Shown: one piece after another, positions 20,424-30,636 of the stretch
How positions within the stretch are numbered: position 1 is the stretch's first letter
Layout: every line of letters begins with the position of its first letter
The notes under the pieces: generated by a model
Told to the model about the DNA's origin: nothing
Database searches by the model: none
What the model saw: only the letters and a program-made list of their open reading frames with translations
Program-made: the position numbers and the translations under genes
Source: an uncultured Alphaproteobacteria bacterium
Lineage (GTDB): Bacteria > Pseudomonadota > Alphaproteobacteria > Rickettsiales > CAIJLX01
DNA length: 64,000 bases
Direction of reading: 5' to 3'
Assembly: GCA_903821695.1 (NCBI GenBank)
Contig: CAIJLX010000022.1
Coordinates: forward strand, 12,406-76,405

Positions 20424-21414
20424 TGGTAATCTCTATCACTCGGGTCAGTGTGTCATAGGCCTTTTTAGTTTGGATGGCATCCAGCGCTTCGGCATAAGCC
20501 AGTGCGAAATCTTCATAGCTATATTTACCGGCAACAACCAATGCAGCAGACGCATTGACTCGGACAGCTTCGCGGAATGCATCCGAACCTTTGCCTAAAA
20601 ACAAATGACGAATGGCAGTCGCATTATAAGTGGCGTCACCACCTTCGATCTCTTCCAAATTATAATATGCGTCCGGACTTATATTTATTTCTTTGCCATT
20701 TAAGAGTGCCAATGTTTTTGCAGTGACGCTAATTTCATCCATGCCATCTTCGCCATGCACAATCATCGCCCGCTCGATGCCGAGATATTCCGCCACCTTC
20801 GCAAACACCGGCACCAACGCCGCACTCGGCACACCAATTAATTGTCCTTTCACACGAGCAGGATTTGCTAATGGGCCAACGAGATTAAAGATCGTGCGGA
20901 AACCGAGTTGCTTACGGACATCCATCACCCGCCGCATCACAGGGTGATATTGCGGCGCGAATAAAAATGCGAAGTTGGTTTCCTGCAAACAAGTTTCCAT
21001 CGCCTCTGCTGGCAAATCAATTTTTATTCCGAGTGCTTCCAATACATCGGCCGAGCCAGAGGCGGATGAGATGGCACGATTACCATGTTTCGCAACCGGC
21101 ACTCCGCATGCAGCAACAACGAAGGAAGCGGCGGTGGAAATATTTAATGTGTTGAGGCCGTCGCCACCTGTGCCGCATAAATCAATCGTACCCGCAGGTG
21201 CATTGAAGGGTGCGGCTTTTGTACGCAGCACTTTTGCGGCGCCAGCGATTTCTTCTGCAGTTTCGCCACGTAGTTTTAATGCGGTGAGTAGAGAGCCGAT
21301 TTGGCCTTGGTTATCAGCAGCACCATTCATGATCGCTTGGAATGTTTTTTCCGATTCCTCAAGTGTCAGTGTCTCGCCCGCCACCACTTTTTTGAGCATT
21401 TTCTCGAGGATCAT
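20404..21414 (-). CDS. trpD: Anthranilate phosphoribosyltransferase
   Basis: [42 protein letters not shown]. Confidence 0.97.
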   Translation of the reverse strand: MILEKMLKKVVAGETLTLEESEKTFQAIMNGAADNQGQIGSLLTALKLRGETAEEIAGAAKVLRTKAAPFNAPAGTIDLCGTGGDGLNTLNISTAASFVVAACGVPVAKHGNRAISSASGSADVLEALGIKIDLPAEAMETCLQETNFAFLFAPQYHPVMRRVMDVRKQLGFRTIFNLVGPLANPARVKGQLIGVPSAALVPVFAKVAEYLGIERAMIVHGEDGMDEISVTAKTLALLNGKEINISPDAYYNLEEIEGGDATYNATAIRHLFLGKGSDAFREAVRVNASAALVVAGKYSYEDFALAYAEALDAIQTKKAYDTLTRVIEITNANEHA

Positions 21415-21977
21415 AACATCCCGATGAAGTTCTGGATCAATTGATGACCATGTTCGCTGGCGATGCTTTCTGGGTGGAACTGTACGCCGTGAATGGCATA
21501 TTGTTTATGCTGCAATCCCATGATGGTGCCATCGGCGGTTTCGGCGGTTACTTCTAATTCTGCTGGCAATGTTTTGCGTTCGACGATCAAAGAATGATAA
21601 CGAGTGGCTTTGAACGGGCTTGGAATATCTTTGAACAACCCTTTGTTGGTGTGCGTCACATCACTCACTTTACCATGCATCGGTTTATCACCTCGGATCA
21701 CTTTGCCACCGAAAGCTTGGCCGATGGCTTGGTGGCCTAAGCATACACCCAGCAGCGGAACTTTGCCGGCAGCTTTTTGGATGAGCTCTAGGCAGATGCC
21801 TGCTTTGTCCGGGTCGCATGGGCCGGGCGAGAGTATGATGCCTTTGGGGCTTAAGGCGAGAGCTGCACCGGCTGTGATTTCGTCGTTGCGTTTGACGGTG
21901 ACTTCGACGCCTTTGGTGGCGACATAGTGCAGCAAGTTATAGGTGAAGCTGTCGTAATTATCGATGAGTAGGATCAT
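21411..21977 (-). CDS. trpG: Anthranilate synthase component II (glutamine amidotransferase)
   Basis: IDNYDSFT, SPGP, GVCLGHQ, RYHSL, QFHPES. Confidence 0.96.
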   Translation of the reverse strand: MILLIDNYDSFTYNLLHYVATKGVEVTVKRNDEITAGAALALSPKGIILSPGPCDPDKAGICLELIQKAAGKVPLLGVCLGHQAIGQAFGGKVIRGDKPMHGKVSDVTHTNKGLFKDIPSPFKATRYHSLIVERKTLPAELEVTAETADGTIMGLQHKQYAIHGVQFHPESIASEHGHQLIQNFIGML

Positions 21978-23446
21978 AAAAACCCCTCAATTTCCTGTAG
22001 TGCTTTAATGAGTGCGCCGGCTTTGTTGATTGTTTCCTGGTATTCGGCTTCGGGGTCGCTTTCAGCAACGACGCCGCCACCGGCTTGTACATATAACATA
22101 CCATCTTTTACCAAGCCTGTCCGCAGGGCGATGCAATTATCCATATCACCATTGGCGGAAAAATAACCAACGCAGCCACCGTAAAAACTTCGGCGCACAT
22201 GTTCAAGCTCATCAATAATTTCCATCGCCCGGATTTTGGGGGCGCCGGAAACAGTGCCCGCAGGGAAGCCGGCAATTAATGCATCAATTGCATCATGATT
22301 TGGAGCAAGTTCGCCTTCTACGTTCGAGACAATATGCATGACATGGCTATAACGCTCGATGGTCATTTTTTCGGTGACGTTGACAGTGCCAGGTTTAGCG
22401 ACACGGCTTACATCATTGCGGCCCAAATCGAGCAGCATTAAATGTTCCGAAATTTCTTTCTGATCAGCGAGTAATTCTTTTTCGAGTGCGAGATCTTCTT
22501 GTGTCGTGACCCCACGTTTGCGGGTGCCAGCGATTGGGCGGATGGTGACTTTGCCTTCACGTAGACGCACCAAAATTTCTGGGCTCGAACCAACCAATGC
22601 ACCCTGCCCCCAATCGAGATAAAATAAGAACGGCGATGGGTTTAAATGGCGCAGTGAGCGATAGAGTGAGAAGGCCGAATAAAGACATGGAACAGAAAGG
22701 CGTTGCGAAGGAACGACTTGGAAAATATCTCCTGCTTCGACATATTCGACCGCCTTCTTTACCATAGCGTGATAGCCTTCTCGGCCGGTGGAGCTCGCAA
22801 GAGTGGTGATGTCTATTTTCTTTGGAGCTCTGCTATGGGGACTATAGCGCATAGCGATGCGTGGTTTGTTGAGTTTGGCGAGCGCCTCTTGGATCAAGTT
22901 ACCCGCTTTTTTATAGGCATCTTCCGGGTTGAGGATGGAAGAATAAATGGGGCTTACTAATATAATATCGTCTTTGACCGAATCAAAAATAACGATCAAT
23001 TGTGGACGCACGAAAAGAGATTCGGGGATGCCTAATGTATCTTTATTCTTATCCGGCAGGCGTTCCATATAACGCACCATGTCGTAACCCATATAGCCGA
23101 AAATGCCGGCGGCCATTGGCGGAAGATCGGCGGGGATTTCCAATTTAGATGCAGCGATGAATTTGCGCAGCGAATCAAATGGCCCAGCTTTTTCGAGCTT
23201 ACCGTTGAGGCTTGCTTTTCCGTTTTCGCATTTCCATGTCTGGTCTGGCTTTAGGCAAATGAAGGAATAACGACCCCGGGATTCGCCACCCTGGACAGAT
23301 TCGAAGAGGGCGCAGAATTGGCCTTCCTCTTTGAGCGCCATCAAAGCGGAGACGGGCGTTTCGCGGTCAGCCGGAATTTTTAAGCAAACAATTTGTCCGG
23401 CGCCTTTGGCATATGCTTTTGCAAACGAGGTAAAATCTGGAACCAC
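21974..23446 (-). CDS. trpE: Anthranilate synthase component I
   Basis: LFESV.GGE..GRYS, GDIFQVV, NPSPF, SSPE, PIAGTR, EHLMLLDLGRND, PAGTVSGAPK; GTG start. Confidence 0.96.
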   Translation of the reverse strand: MVPDFTSFAKAYAKGAGQIVCLKIPADRETPVSALMALKEEGQFCALFESVQGGESRGRYSFICLKPDQTWKCENGKASLNGKLEKAGPFDSLRKFIAASKLEIPADLPPMAAGIFGYMGYDMVRYMERLPDKNKDTLGIPESLFVRPQLIVIFDSVKDDIILVSPIYSSILNPEDAYKKAGNLIQEALAKLNKPRIAMRYSPHSRAPKKIDITTLASSTGREGYHAMVKKAVEYVEAGDIFQVVPSQRLSVPCLYSAFSLYRSLRHLNPSPFLFYLDWGQGALVGSSPEILVRLREGKVTIRPIAGTRKRGVTTQEDLALEKELLADQKEISEHLMLLDLGRNDVSRVAKPGTVNVTEKMTIERYSHVMHIVSNVEGELAPNHDAIDALIAGFPAGTVSGAPKIRAMEIIDELEHVRRSFYGGCVGYFSANGDMDNCIALRTGLVKDGMLYVQAGGGVVAESDPEAEYQETINKAGALIKALQEIEGFL

Positions 23447-23449
23447 AAG

Positions 23450-24916
23450 CTATTCTGCCTCTCTGGTCGCGCGGGTCGTAATTTTGACCGGCGTTTTTTG
23501 TTGCAGATAGAGAGTATATTGTGCGAGCAGATCTTCAAACACACCTTCGCGCATTAGCTCCTGTTGCGTTGCAATTTCTTTTTCCGTGAGCGGTGTCGCC
23601 GGAATCACCGATGCTAATTCACCAACCACGAAGCCACCCGCCTCAAGCGGGTATACACCCTTCACAAGACCTTTGCTGGCCTGAAATAATTGCTGCACAA
23701 ATTCTTCCGGCAGCGATTCTGTTTTGCCACGGCTAATAGGATTTGAGCGCTGCACGTTCAAACCTTCCGCTGTAGAAACTGCAGCAAGCTTTTCACCCTT
23801 GGAAAGACGTTGCACAATTTTCTCTGCTTTGTCTTTCATCAACCGTTCGAGCTCTGCAGCCTTCCAGGTGGCAACTACTTTTTCTTGCACTTTCGCGAGT
23901 GGTTGCTCAGCCATTGGCACAATGGCGTCTACACGCATGACATAATAAGTTGCCTGATCTTGCGAGAGCAGCAGGCCAGATTCATTGCCCTGCTCAATGC
24001 CGAATGCTTTTTGTACGAATGCTTCGCCATCTGGCAGATCTTTCGCTGGAGTCAACATTTCTAGCTTCTCGATCTGTTTCAATTTTAAGTTCAGATTTTT
24101 TGCGAGCTCTTCCATGCTCGCGCCACCTGCCAATGCATCTTCTACTTTATTGGCGAGCGCATAGAGGGTTTCTGCCGTCGCATCTTTGCCCAAGTCTTGC
24201 TTAGAAAACGTGACATAGCTAACCTTTCTGGATTCCGGAAGAGCGAAATCTTTTTTATGGGCATCATAAAATGCAGCAAGCGCAGCTGGCTCTGGCTGCT
24301 CAGGCACATTCACATTACTTGGCAATATTTCAACATATTCCGCCACACGCTTTTGGCCATCAATCGCATGTAGTATACTCACCTTCATTTTTGGCGCAGT
24401 TGAATCCGCCGTAATAGCCTGCACTAAAAACATAACAGCGATATTCTGCTTCAAGCCTTCGATATAGCCCGCTTCATCTTGCCCCATATTCCACAGGGTC
24501 TGCTTAAACCGCTCGCGATCAAACTTACCATCCTTATCGCGGAACGCAGGATTACCCGCGATTAATTTCGTAATCACACTATCATCCACCCGCAGACCAG
24601 CATTCTCGGCGCCCTGCTTTAGGAGCTCTTCCTGCACCATCTGTTTCAAAATCATACTTTCGACATTCATCGCCTTCATCATTTCATCCGGCACTTGGCC
24701 GCCGAACATCTGGCGAATATGTGCCGTTTGGCGACGTACTTCTTCTGCTAACCGGGCATTGCTAATACCGACGCCACCTACGGTCGCTGCGTTATTACCG
24801 CCGCCGGAAGTCTGCACAAAATCGCCTATTCCCCACACGACGAAGGAAAGCACGATCAACCCCATAAAGATTTTTAATATTATACCGCCGGTGAAGCCGC
24901 GCATGGATTGTAGCAT
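23450..24916 (-). CDS. SurA N-domain/PpiD-like periplasmic chaperone
   Basis: N-terminal membrane anchor, SFVVWGIGD, G.FD...F...L; sits in the usual position upstream of trpE. Confidence 0.85.
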   Translation of the reverse strand: MLQSMRGFTGGIILKIFMGLIVLSFVVWGIGDFVQTSGGGNNAATVGGVGISNARLAEEVRRQTAHIRQMFGGQVPDEMMKAMNVESMILKQMVQEELLKQGAENAGLRVDDSVITKLIAGNPAFRDKDGKFDRERFKQTLWNMGQDEAGYIEGLKQNIAVMFLVQAITADSTAPKMKVSILHAIDGQKRVAEYVEILPSNVNVPEQPEPAALAAFYDAHKKDFALPESRKVSYVTFSKQDLGKDATAETLYALANKVEDALAGGASMEELAKNLNLKLKQIEKLEMLTPAKDLPDGEAFVQKAFGIEQGNESGLLLSQDQATYYVMRVDAIVPMAEQPLAKVQEKVVATWKAAELERLMKDKAEKIVQRLSKGEKLAAVSTAEGLNVQRSNPISRGKTESLPEEFVQQLFQASKGLVKGVYPLEAGGFVVGELASVIPATPLTEKEIATQQELMREGVFEDLLAQYTLYLQQKTPVKITTRATREAE

Positions 24917-25075
24917 TTTATAACCTTTCTAATGAACGGTCTCAACTAGCAGAAAATCTGCTGTTGTGGCAAGTACGTAACTAATTCCTGTGCATCTAAA
25001 AATTATTGATTGCTTGTGCGTGAGCGGCGAGTTATGTATGAGTCAGTTTTTGTTAACGCTATTGTATTATTATAT

Positions 25076-25606
25076 ATGACGAATTCTTCGAACCCTCCTT
25101 CTAATACTACTCGCCGTGATTTTATGGTATTGGCCGCCACTGCAACTGCTGGTGTTGGCGCTGCCGTTGCTGCATGGCCGTTAGTCAATTCCATGAACCC
25201 TGCCGCTGACGTATTGGCACTTGCTTCCACTGAAGTGGATTTAAGTGCGGTACAGCCCGGGCAATCCATCACCGTGATGTGGCGCGGCAAACCAGTTTTT
25301 GTGCGTCACCGCACGCCAGAACAAATCGCGAGCGCAAAAGCGGATGATAACGCTCCTATGAGCGATCCAGAGCCAGACGCACAACGCGTTAAAAAAGGCA
25401 AAGAACAATGGTTGATCCTCGTTGGCGTGTGCACCCATTTAGGTTGCGTGCCAATGGGCAGCCAAGGTGATTTCGGTGGCTGGCTCTGCCCTTGCCACGG
25501 CTCGCATTATGATGCTTCCGGCCGTATTCGCAAAGGCCCAGCGCCGTTGAACCTCGCCGTTCCGCCCTATGAATTCTTATCAGACACTTCTATTCGCATT
25601 GGATAA
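25076..25606 (+). CDS. petA: Ubiquinol-cytochrome c reductase Rieske Fe-S subunit
   Basis: Tat motif TRRDF, CTHLGC and CPCHGS; start moved to ATG 25076. Confidence 0.97.
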   Translation: MTNSSNPPSNTTRRDFMVLAATATAGVGAAVAAWPLVNSMNPAADVLALASTEVDLSAVQPGQSITVMWRGKPVFVRHRTPEQIASAKADDNAPMSDPEPDAQRVKKGKEQWLILVGVCTHLGCVPMGSQGDFGGWLCPCHGSHYDASGRIRKGPAPLNLAVPPYEFLSDTSIRIG

Positions 25607-25621
25607 ATTAGAGTAACCCCT

Positions 25622-26836
25622 ATGGCAGCTGCACCAAGAGAACAAAAACCAGGACTTATCGGGTGGATTGATTATCGCCTTCCCATCTTCACCTTCATGG
25701 ATGAGCAGCTTAATCAATACCAAACACCTAAAAACTTGAACTACGCTTGGAACTTTGGCTCACTCGCTGGCCTCGCCCTTATCATCCAAATCGTCACCGG
25801 CATTGTGCTCGCGATGAATTATACCCCACACACCAGCATGGCGTTTGATAGCGTTGAACGCATTATGCGCGAAGTGAATTTCGGCTGGTTGATTCGTTAT
25901 ACTCATGCGGTTGGCGCCTCGATGTTCTTCGTGGTGGTCTATCTTCATATTCTGCGTGGCCTGTTTTACGGTTCTTATAAATCTCCCCGCGAAATCTTGT
26001 GGTTCCTCGGCATCTTCATTTTCCTTTCGATGATGGCAACTGCGTTCATGGGTTATGTTCTGCCATGGGGCCAGATGAGCTTCTGGGGCGCAACCGTAAT
26101 TACCAACCTGTTCTCAGCTATTCCAGTGGTTGGCGAGAGCATTGTTACCTGGCTTTGGGGCGGTTTCTCGGTTGATAACCCAACCCTCAATCGCTTCTTC
26201 AGCTTGCATTATCTGCTGCCATTCGTGATCCTCGGTATCGTGGTGCTTCACATCGTTGCACTCCACACCACCGGCTCAGGGAATCCAACGGGTGTTGAAC
26301 CAAAAACTGCGAAGGATACCGTTCCTTTCAACCCATATTATACCATTAAAGACATGTTTGGTTATGGCGTGTTCTTGATTGTGTTCTTCGGCTTTGTGTT
26401 CTTTGCACCGAACTATCTGGGCCATCCTGATAACTACATTAAAGCGAACCCAATGGTGACTCCGGCGCATATCGTGCCTGAATGGTATTTCTTGCCGTTC
26501 TATGCGATCTTGCGCGCAATCCCGGATAAACTCGGTGGCGTAATCGCTATGTTTGGCGCTATCGCTATCTTGTTTGCGCTGCCTTGGCTTGATAAATCAC
26601 CAGTAAAAAGCGGACACTATCGCCCATTGTTTAAGCCTTTCTTCTGGCTGTTTGCGGCGAACTTTATTTTCCTAGGCTATCTCGGTGCGCAAGTACCAGA
26701 AGGTTGGTATGTTGTCGCTAGCCGTATCGCCCTGGTTTATTATTTCGCTTATTTCCTGGTGGTTCTGCCTTGGCTCTCTAAACACGAGAAACCATTGCCA
26801 CTGCCTGCCTCCATCCACGAAAGTATGAAGAAGTAA
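25622..26836 (+). CDS. petB: Cytochrome b
   Basis: Four heme His ligands, WGQMSFWGA and PEWY. Confidence 0.98.
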   Translation: MAAAPREQKPGLIGWIDYRLPIFTFMDEQLNQYQTPKNLNYAWNFGSLAGLALIIQIVTGIVLAMNYTPHTSMAFDSVERIMREVNFGWLIRYTHAVGASMFFVVVYLHILRGLFYGSYKSPREILWFLGIFIFLSMMATAFMGYVLPWGQMSFWGATVITNLFSAIPVVGESIVTWLWGGFSVDNPTLNRFFSLHYLLPFVILGIVVLHIVALHTTGSGNPTGVEPKTAKDTVPFNPYYTIKDMFGYGVFLIVFFGFVFFAPNYLGHPDNYIKANPMVTPAHIVPEWYFLPFYAILRAIPDKLGGVIAMFGAIAILFALPWLDKSPVKSGHYRPLFKPFFWLFAANFIFLGYLGAQVPEGWYVVASRIALVYYFAYFLVVLPWLSKHEKPLPLPASIHESMKK

Positions 26837-26837
26837 C

Positions 26838-27587
26838 ATGCGCGCACTCTTATTTGCAGTATCCCTTTTAACCGTTAGTGGCGCCTTTGCTTCCAGCGGC
26901 CACCACCTCAAAGAAGTCAGCTGGCCCTTCGACGGCATCTTCGGCACCTTTGATCGTCAGGCTGCTCAGCGTGGCTATCAAGTGTACAAAGAAGTGTGCG
27001 CCTCTTGCCACTCCATGAGCCTGAAATCCTTCCGCAACCTGCAGGAAATTGGTTTCAGCGAAGCAGAAGTAAAGTCGATTGCTGCTAGCTATACCGTAAA
27101 AGATGGTCCCAACGATGCCGGTGAAATGTTCGACCGCCCCGGTCGCCCATCCGACCATTTCGTTTCCCCATTCCCAAATGAAAAGGCTGCTCGCGCTGCG
27201 AATAACGGTGCCTATCCGCCTGATCAATCCCTACTTATTAAAGCACGTCATGATGGCGCAAATTACGTTTATTCCCTCCTTACAGGCTATGATGAAGCTA
27301 AACCTGCAGACTTACAGCTGGGTGCTGGCATGAGCTACAACCCTTATTTCCCAGGCATGCAGATTGGCATGTCCAAACCGCTGCAAGACGGTCAAATCAC
27401 TTATGCGGACGGCACCAAAGCCACCGTCGATCAAATGTCGCGCGATGTTGTTGTATTCCTGCAATGGGCTGCAGAACCAGAAATGGAACACCGCAAACAA
27501 ATGGGTATCAAAGTACTGTTGTTCTTATTCGTAATGACCGGTCTGCTCTATGTTGCGAAGAAGCGCATCTGGTCTCAGATCAAATAA
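26838..27587 (+). CDS. petC: Cytochrome c1
   Basis: Signal peptide, CASCH, PPDQS, NPYF and a C-terminal anchor after AAEPE. Confidence 0.97.
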   Translation: MRALLFAVSLLTVSGAFASSGHHLKEVSWPFDGIFGTFDRQAAQRGYQVYKEVCASCHSMSLKSFRNLQEIGFSEAEVKSIAASYTVKDGPNDAGEMFDRPGRPSDHFVSPFPNEKAARAANNGAYPPDQSLLIKARHDGANYVYSLLTGYDEAKPADLQLGAGMSYNPYFPGMQIGMSKPLQDGQITYADGTKATVDQMSRDVVVFLQWAAEPEMEHRKQMGIKVLLFLFVMTGLLYVAKKRIWSQIK

Positions 27588-27601
27588 CTTAAATGAATAC
27601 T

Positions 27602-27638
27602 AATAAAAAAGGGTGCCAATTTGGCACCCTTTTTTATT
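27602..27638. terminator. Bidirectional intrinsic terminator between petC and rnj
   Basis: Perfect 18-bp inverted repeat AATAAAAAAGGGTGCCAA-T-TTGGCACCCTTTTTTATT. Confidence 0.9.
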
Positions 27639-27645
27639 GTCCTAA

Positions 27646-29304
27646 TTAAACCCGCATCACCTGCACTTCGATGGTGGGGTATTTGCCGATCTCGGTCTTT
27701 GCGATTCGCTTCAGCGCATTGCGCACCTGTTTCACAATGGCATCATTTGGCGCACGGTTTTGTAGCTCGACTACGCCAGCCACTTCTTGCTCCATCACTT
27801 GCAGCAATTCCCGGTCATCCTCATCATCCAGCATACCGGGTGCCGCAATTTTAGGCGAGGTCAGCAGATCACCTTTCACATTCAGCACCACGGTGCAGAA
27901 CAACACGCCATCATTTAAGATGCGGCGACGTAATTTTAGCACCGGCGAATCGGTCGGTAACAGATAGTTCCCATCCACCGCCAAATACCCCCATGGCACT
28001 ACTGCGAGCTTCTCTGGCTTGCCGGGTGCTAAGTTGACGAGGTCACCATTGGCGATCTCGATCGTCTGCGGCACGCCCCAGGTCTTGGCCCATTTACAAT
28101 GTTCGTGTAGATGCACCGCCTCTCCATGCACTGGCACAGCGATGTTCGGGCGCACTAACTCATACATCTTCTTCAGCTCATCCCGCGAAGGGTGGCCGGA
28201 TACATGCACGAAATGATCTTTCTCGGTTAGGATCTCGATGCCACGTTTCACCAGCTGGTTAAACAGCGCGAAAATCCGCTTATCATTGCCCGGGATAATT
28301 TTAGAGGAGAAGATGATCGTATCTTTTGGAACCAAACGCAAAGTCGGTAGCAGATCATTGGCCAACTTATTGGTCGCCGCCAAAGGTTCACCCTGACAGC
28401 CCGTGCAAATCACCAGCAATTTATCTCGTGGGAAGCGACGTGCTTCCTGATCGCTCAAAAATTCCGGTACATCTTGTAGATATCCTGCTTCACGCCCAGC
28501 TTCAGTAATCCGCCACAGCGAACGGCCGATCATCACCACTTTACGGCCATTGGCCGCCGCTGCACGAGCAATGGTTTCCACGCGAGCGATGTTGGAAGCG
28601 AATGTTGTCACTGCAACCAATTGCTTACACTCACCGATCAGCTTCGTGAGGCTCTCGCGCAGATCACCTTCGGAGCCTGAATGGCCGGCGCTTAATACGT
28701 TGGTCGAATCACACACCATCGCGAGCACGCCCTCATCGCCATATTGCTTGAGGCGGGCATAATCGGAAGCGGGGCCAACAAGTGGTTTATCATCAAACTT
28801 CCAATCACCCGTATGCATCACAGTGCCATGGCGGGTTTTAACGGCGATCGCTTGCATCTCCGGAATCGAGTGAGTGAGATGGATCATCTCAAGCGAGAAA
28901 GGCCCAACCTCAAAACGGCTATTAAATGGGAGAACTTTCAGCTTCACCTTATTGATCGCATCAGGGAATTCTTGCAGTTTGGCTTTCAAGACTTCGGCGG
29001 TAAACGGAGTTGCATAGATCGGACACTTGATTTGCTGCCAGAGATAAGTCAGCGCACCGAGGTGATCTTCATGGGCATGAGTTAACACTAGGCCGAGGAA
29101 GTTATCACCCAGGGTATGAACAAATTCGATATTCGGAGCGATCATGTCGATGCCAGGAAGCTGTTCTTTATCGGCAAAACCAGCGCCGAGATCGATCATG
29201 ATCCATTTACCATCGAGGTGATAGAGGTTCACATTCATGCCAATTTCGCCTGAGCCGCCCAACGGAAGGAACATCAGGTTGTCTTTATATTTTTGTAAAT
29301 TCAT
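27646..29304 (-). CDS. rnj: Ribonuclease J
   Basis: LGGSGEIGMN, THAHEDHLG, HSIPE, TGDWK, CDSTN, HVSGH, PVHGE. Confidence 0.96.
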   Translation of the reverse strand: MNLQKYKDNLMFLPLGGSGEIGMNVNLYHLDGKWIMIDLGAGFADKEQLPGIDMIAPNIEFVHTLGDNFLGLVLTHAHEDHLGALTYLWQQIKCPIYATPFTAEVLKAKLQEFPDAINKVKLKVLPFNSRFEVGPFSLEMIHLTHSIPEMQAIAVKTRHGTVMHTGDWKFDDKPLVGPASDYARLKQYGDEGVLAMVCDSTNVLSAGHSGSEGDLRESLTKLIGECKQLVAVTTFASNIARVETIARAAAANGRKVVMIGRSLWRITEAGREAGYLQDVPEFLSDQEARRFPRDKLLVICTGCQGEPLAATNKLANDLLPTLRLVPKDTIIFSSKIIPGNDKRIFALFNQLVKRGIEILTEKDHFVHVSGHPSRDELKKMYELVRPNIAVPVHGEAVHLHEHCKWAKTWGVPQTIEIANGDLVNLAPGKPEKLAVVPWGYLAVDGNYLLPTDSPVLKLRRRILNDGVLFCTVVLNVKGDLLTSPKIAAPGMLDDEDDRELLQVMEQEVAGVVELQNRAPNDAIVKQVRNALKRIAKTEIGKYPTIEVQVMRV

Positions 29305-30071
29305 AGATTCCTTTGCGCGATGAGATAGAGCCCGTGCAGCGTTAAATCTGGCTCCACACGATCAATTTGGTTTGTTGCCTTGCCATATAGACTGGAAAGC
29401 CCGCCGGTTGCTAGCACTTTCACCGGATGGCCAAGCTCAGCCTTGATCCGGCCGAGGATCCCCTCGACCAGGCCGAGATAGCCATAAAACACACCGGACT
29501 GCATACAGCGAACGGTATTGGTGCCAATCACGGACTCCGGCTTCGTAATCTCCACCTCCGGCAAGCGAGCCGCCGCTTTTTGCAGCGCATCGAGCGAGAG
29601 ATTGACGCCAGGAGCGATCACGCCACCACAATAATTACCTTCAGCGTTCACAATATCAAATGTTGTCGCTGTACCAAAATCGACAATCACCGCCGGGCCC
29701 TTCAATAAATCAAATGCAGCGATGGTATTAACCAGGCGATCCGCCCCTACTTCATGCGGGCTATCCACCAAAGCTTGTACACCTAATTTCAGTTTTTTGA
29801 GATGCACCACCATTGGCTCCACCTTGCAATAATTTTTGGCAAAGCTGGTCAAAGCGAACATGAGCTGTGGCACCACGCAGGAAATGATGACTTGCGAGAT
29901 GCTCTCGATCTTCAATTTCTGCAATTCCAAAAATTGGGAGAAATTGAGCGCGAGTTCATCTGCCGTACGCTTCGGATCAGTCGCGAGGCGGCAGCGGGCA
30001 CGCACTTCGCCTTTATCGCCGATCAGGGCTAAAACGATGTTGGTATTCCCCGCATCAATTGCAAGCAGCAT
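29301..30071 (-). CDS. coaX: Type III pantothenate kinase
   Basis: IDAGNTN, GADR, DFGTATTFD, GG.IAPG, ATGG; start at ATG 30071. Confidence 0.94.
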   Translation of the reverse strand: MLLAIDAGNTNIVLALIGDKGEVRARCRLATDPKRTADELALNFSQFLELQKLKIESISQVIISCVVPQLMFALTSFAKNYCKVEPMVVHLKKLKLGVQALVDSPHEVGADRLVNTIAAFDLLKGPAVIVDFGTATTFDIVNAEGNYCGGVIAPGVNLSLDALQKAAARLPEVEITKPESVIGTNTVRCMQSGVFYGYLGLVEGILGRIKAELGHPVKVLATGGLSSLYGKATNQIDRVEPDLTLHGLYLIAQRNL

Positions 30072-30636
30072 TGTATTCCTTTTCCATTGGGCCAAAGCCA
30101 TTCAAACGCCAAGATTCATAGCGTAATCTCAGGCTTTCAGCAAGGAATGCCGTTACTTCTGCCAGGGATAGAGCCGAATAGAGATGCAGCGAGGTGGTTG
30201 GGTATTCCGGGATATCAGGATGCGAGGCAACATTGAGCCCGATCCCGATAATGACCGAGGGCGGCACTTTCCCCTTCGTCACCGTCTCAACCAATATCCC
30301 ACATATTTTTTTGCCCTCAACCAACACATCATTGGGCGCTTTGAGTTTAGGCTTCAGCCCCTGTCCTTTCAGCACATCCATGACCGCAAGGCCCGCCATC
30401 TTTACAAAATCCTGCGCCTGGGCATGAGGTATTTCTGGATAGAGCATCAGTGAGGCGTAGAGGTTGCCGGTTTCTGAAATCCAGTTGCGCTGGTTGCTTC
30501 CCCTGCCCTTGGTTTGGGCTTCGGCAACTAGCATCAGCCCATGTTCGGGTTTGGTCAGCGCACGGGATTTTGCTTCATCATTGCTGCTTGCCACTATGCC
30601 GATGGGGCATAAGGTAATGACTTCCAGTGATCGCAT
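30055..30636 (-). CDS. birA: Biotin--protein ligase, minimal catalytic domain only (193 aa)
   Basis: SSN, QTKGRG...W, K.PND, KICGIL.E, GIGLN; conserved position after nuoN. Confidence 0.88.
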   Translation of the reverse strand: MRSLEVITLCPIGIVASSNDEAKSRALTKPEHGLMLVAEAQTKGRGSNQRNWISETGNLYASLMLYPEIPHAQAQDFVKMAGLAVMDVLKGQGLKPKLKAPNDVLVEGKKICGILVETVTKGKVPPSVIIGIGLNVASHPDIPEYPTTSLHLYSALSLAEVTAFLAESLRLRYESWRLNGFGPMEKEYNAACN

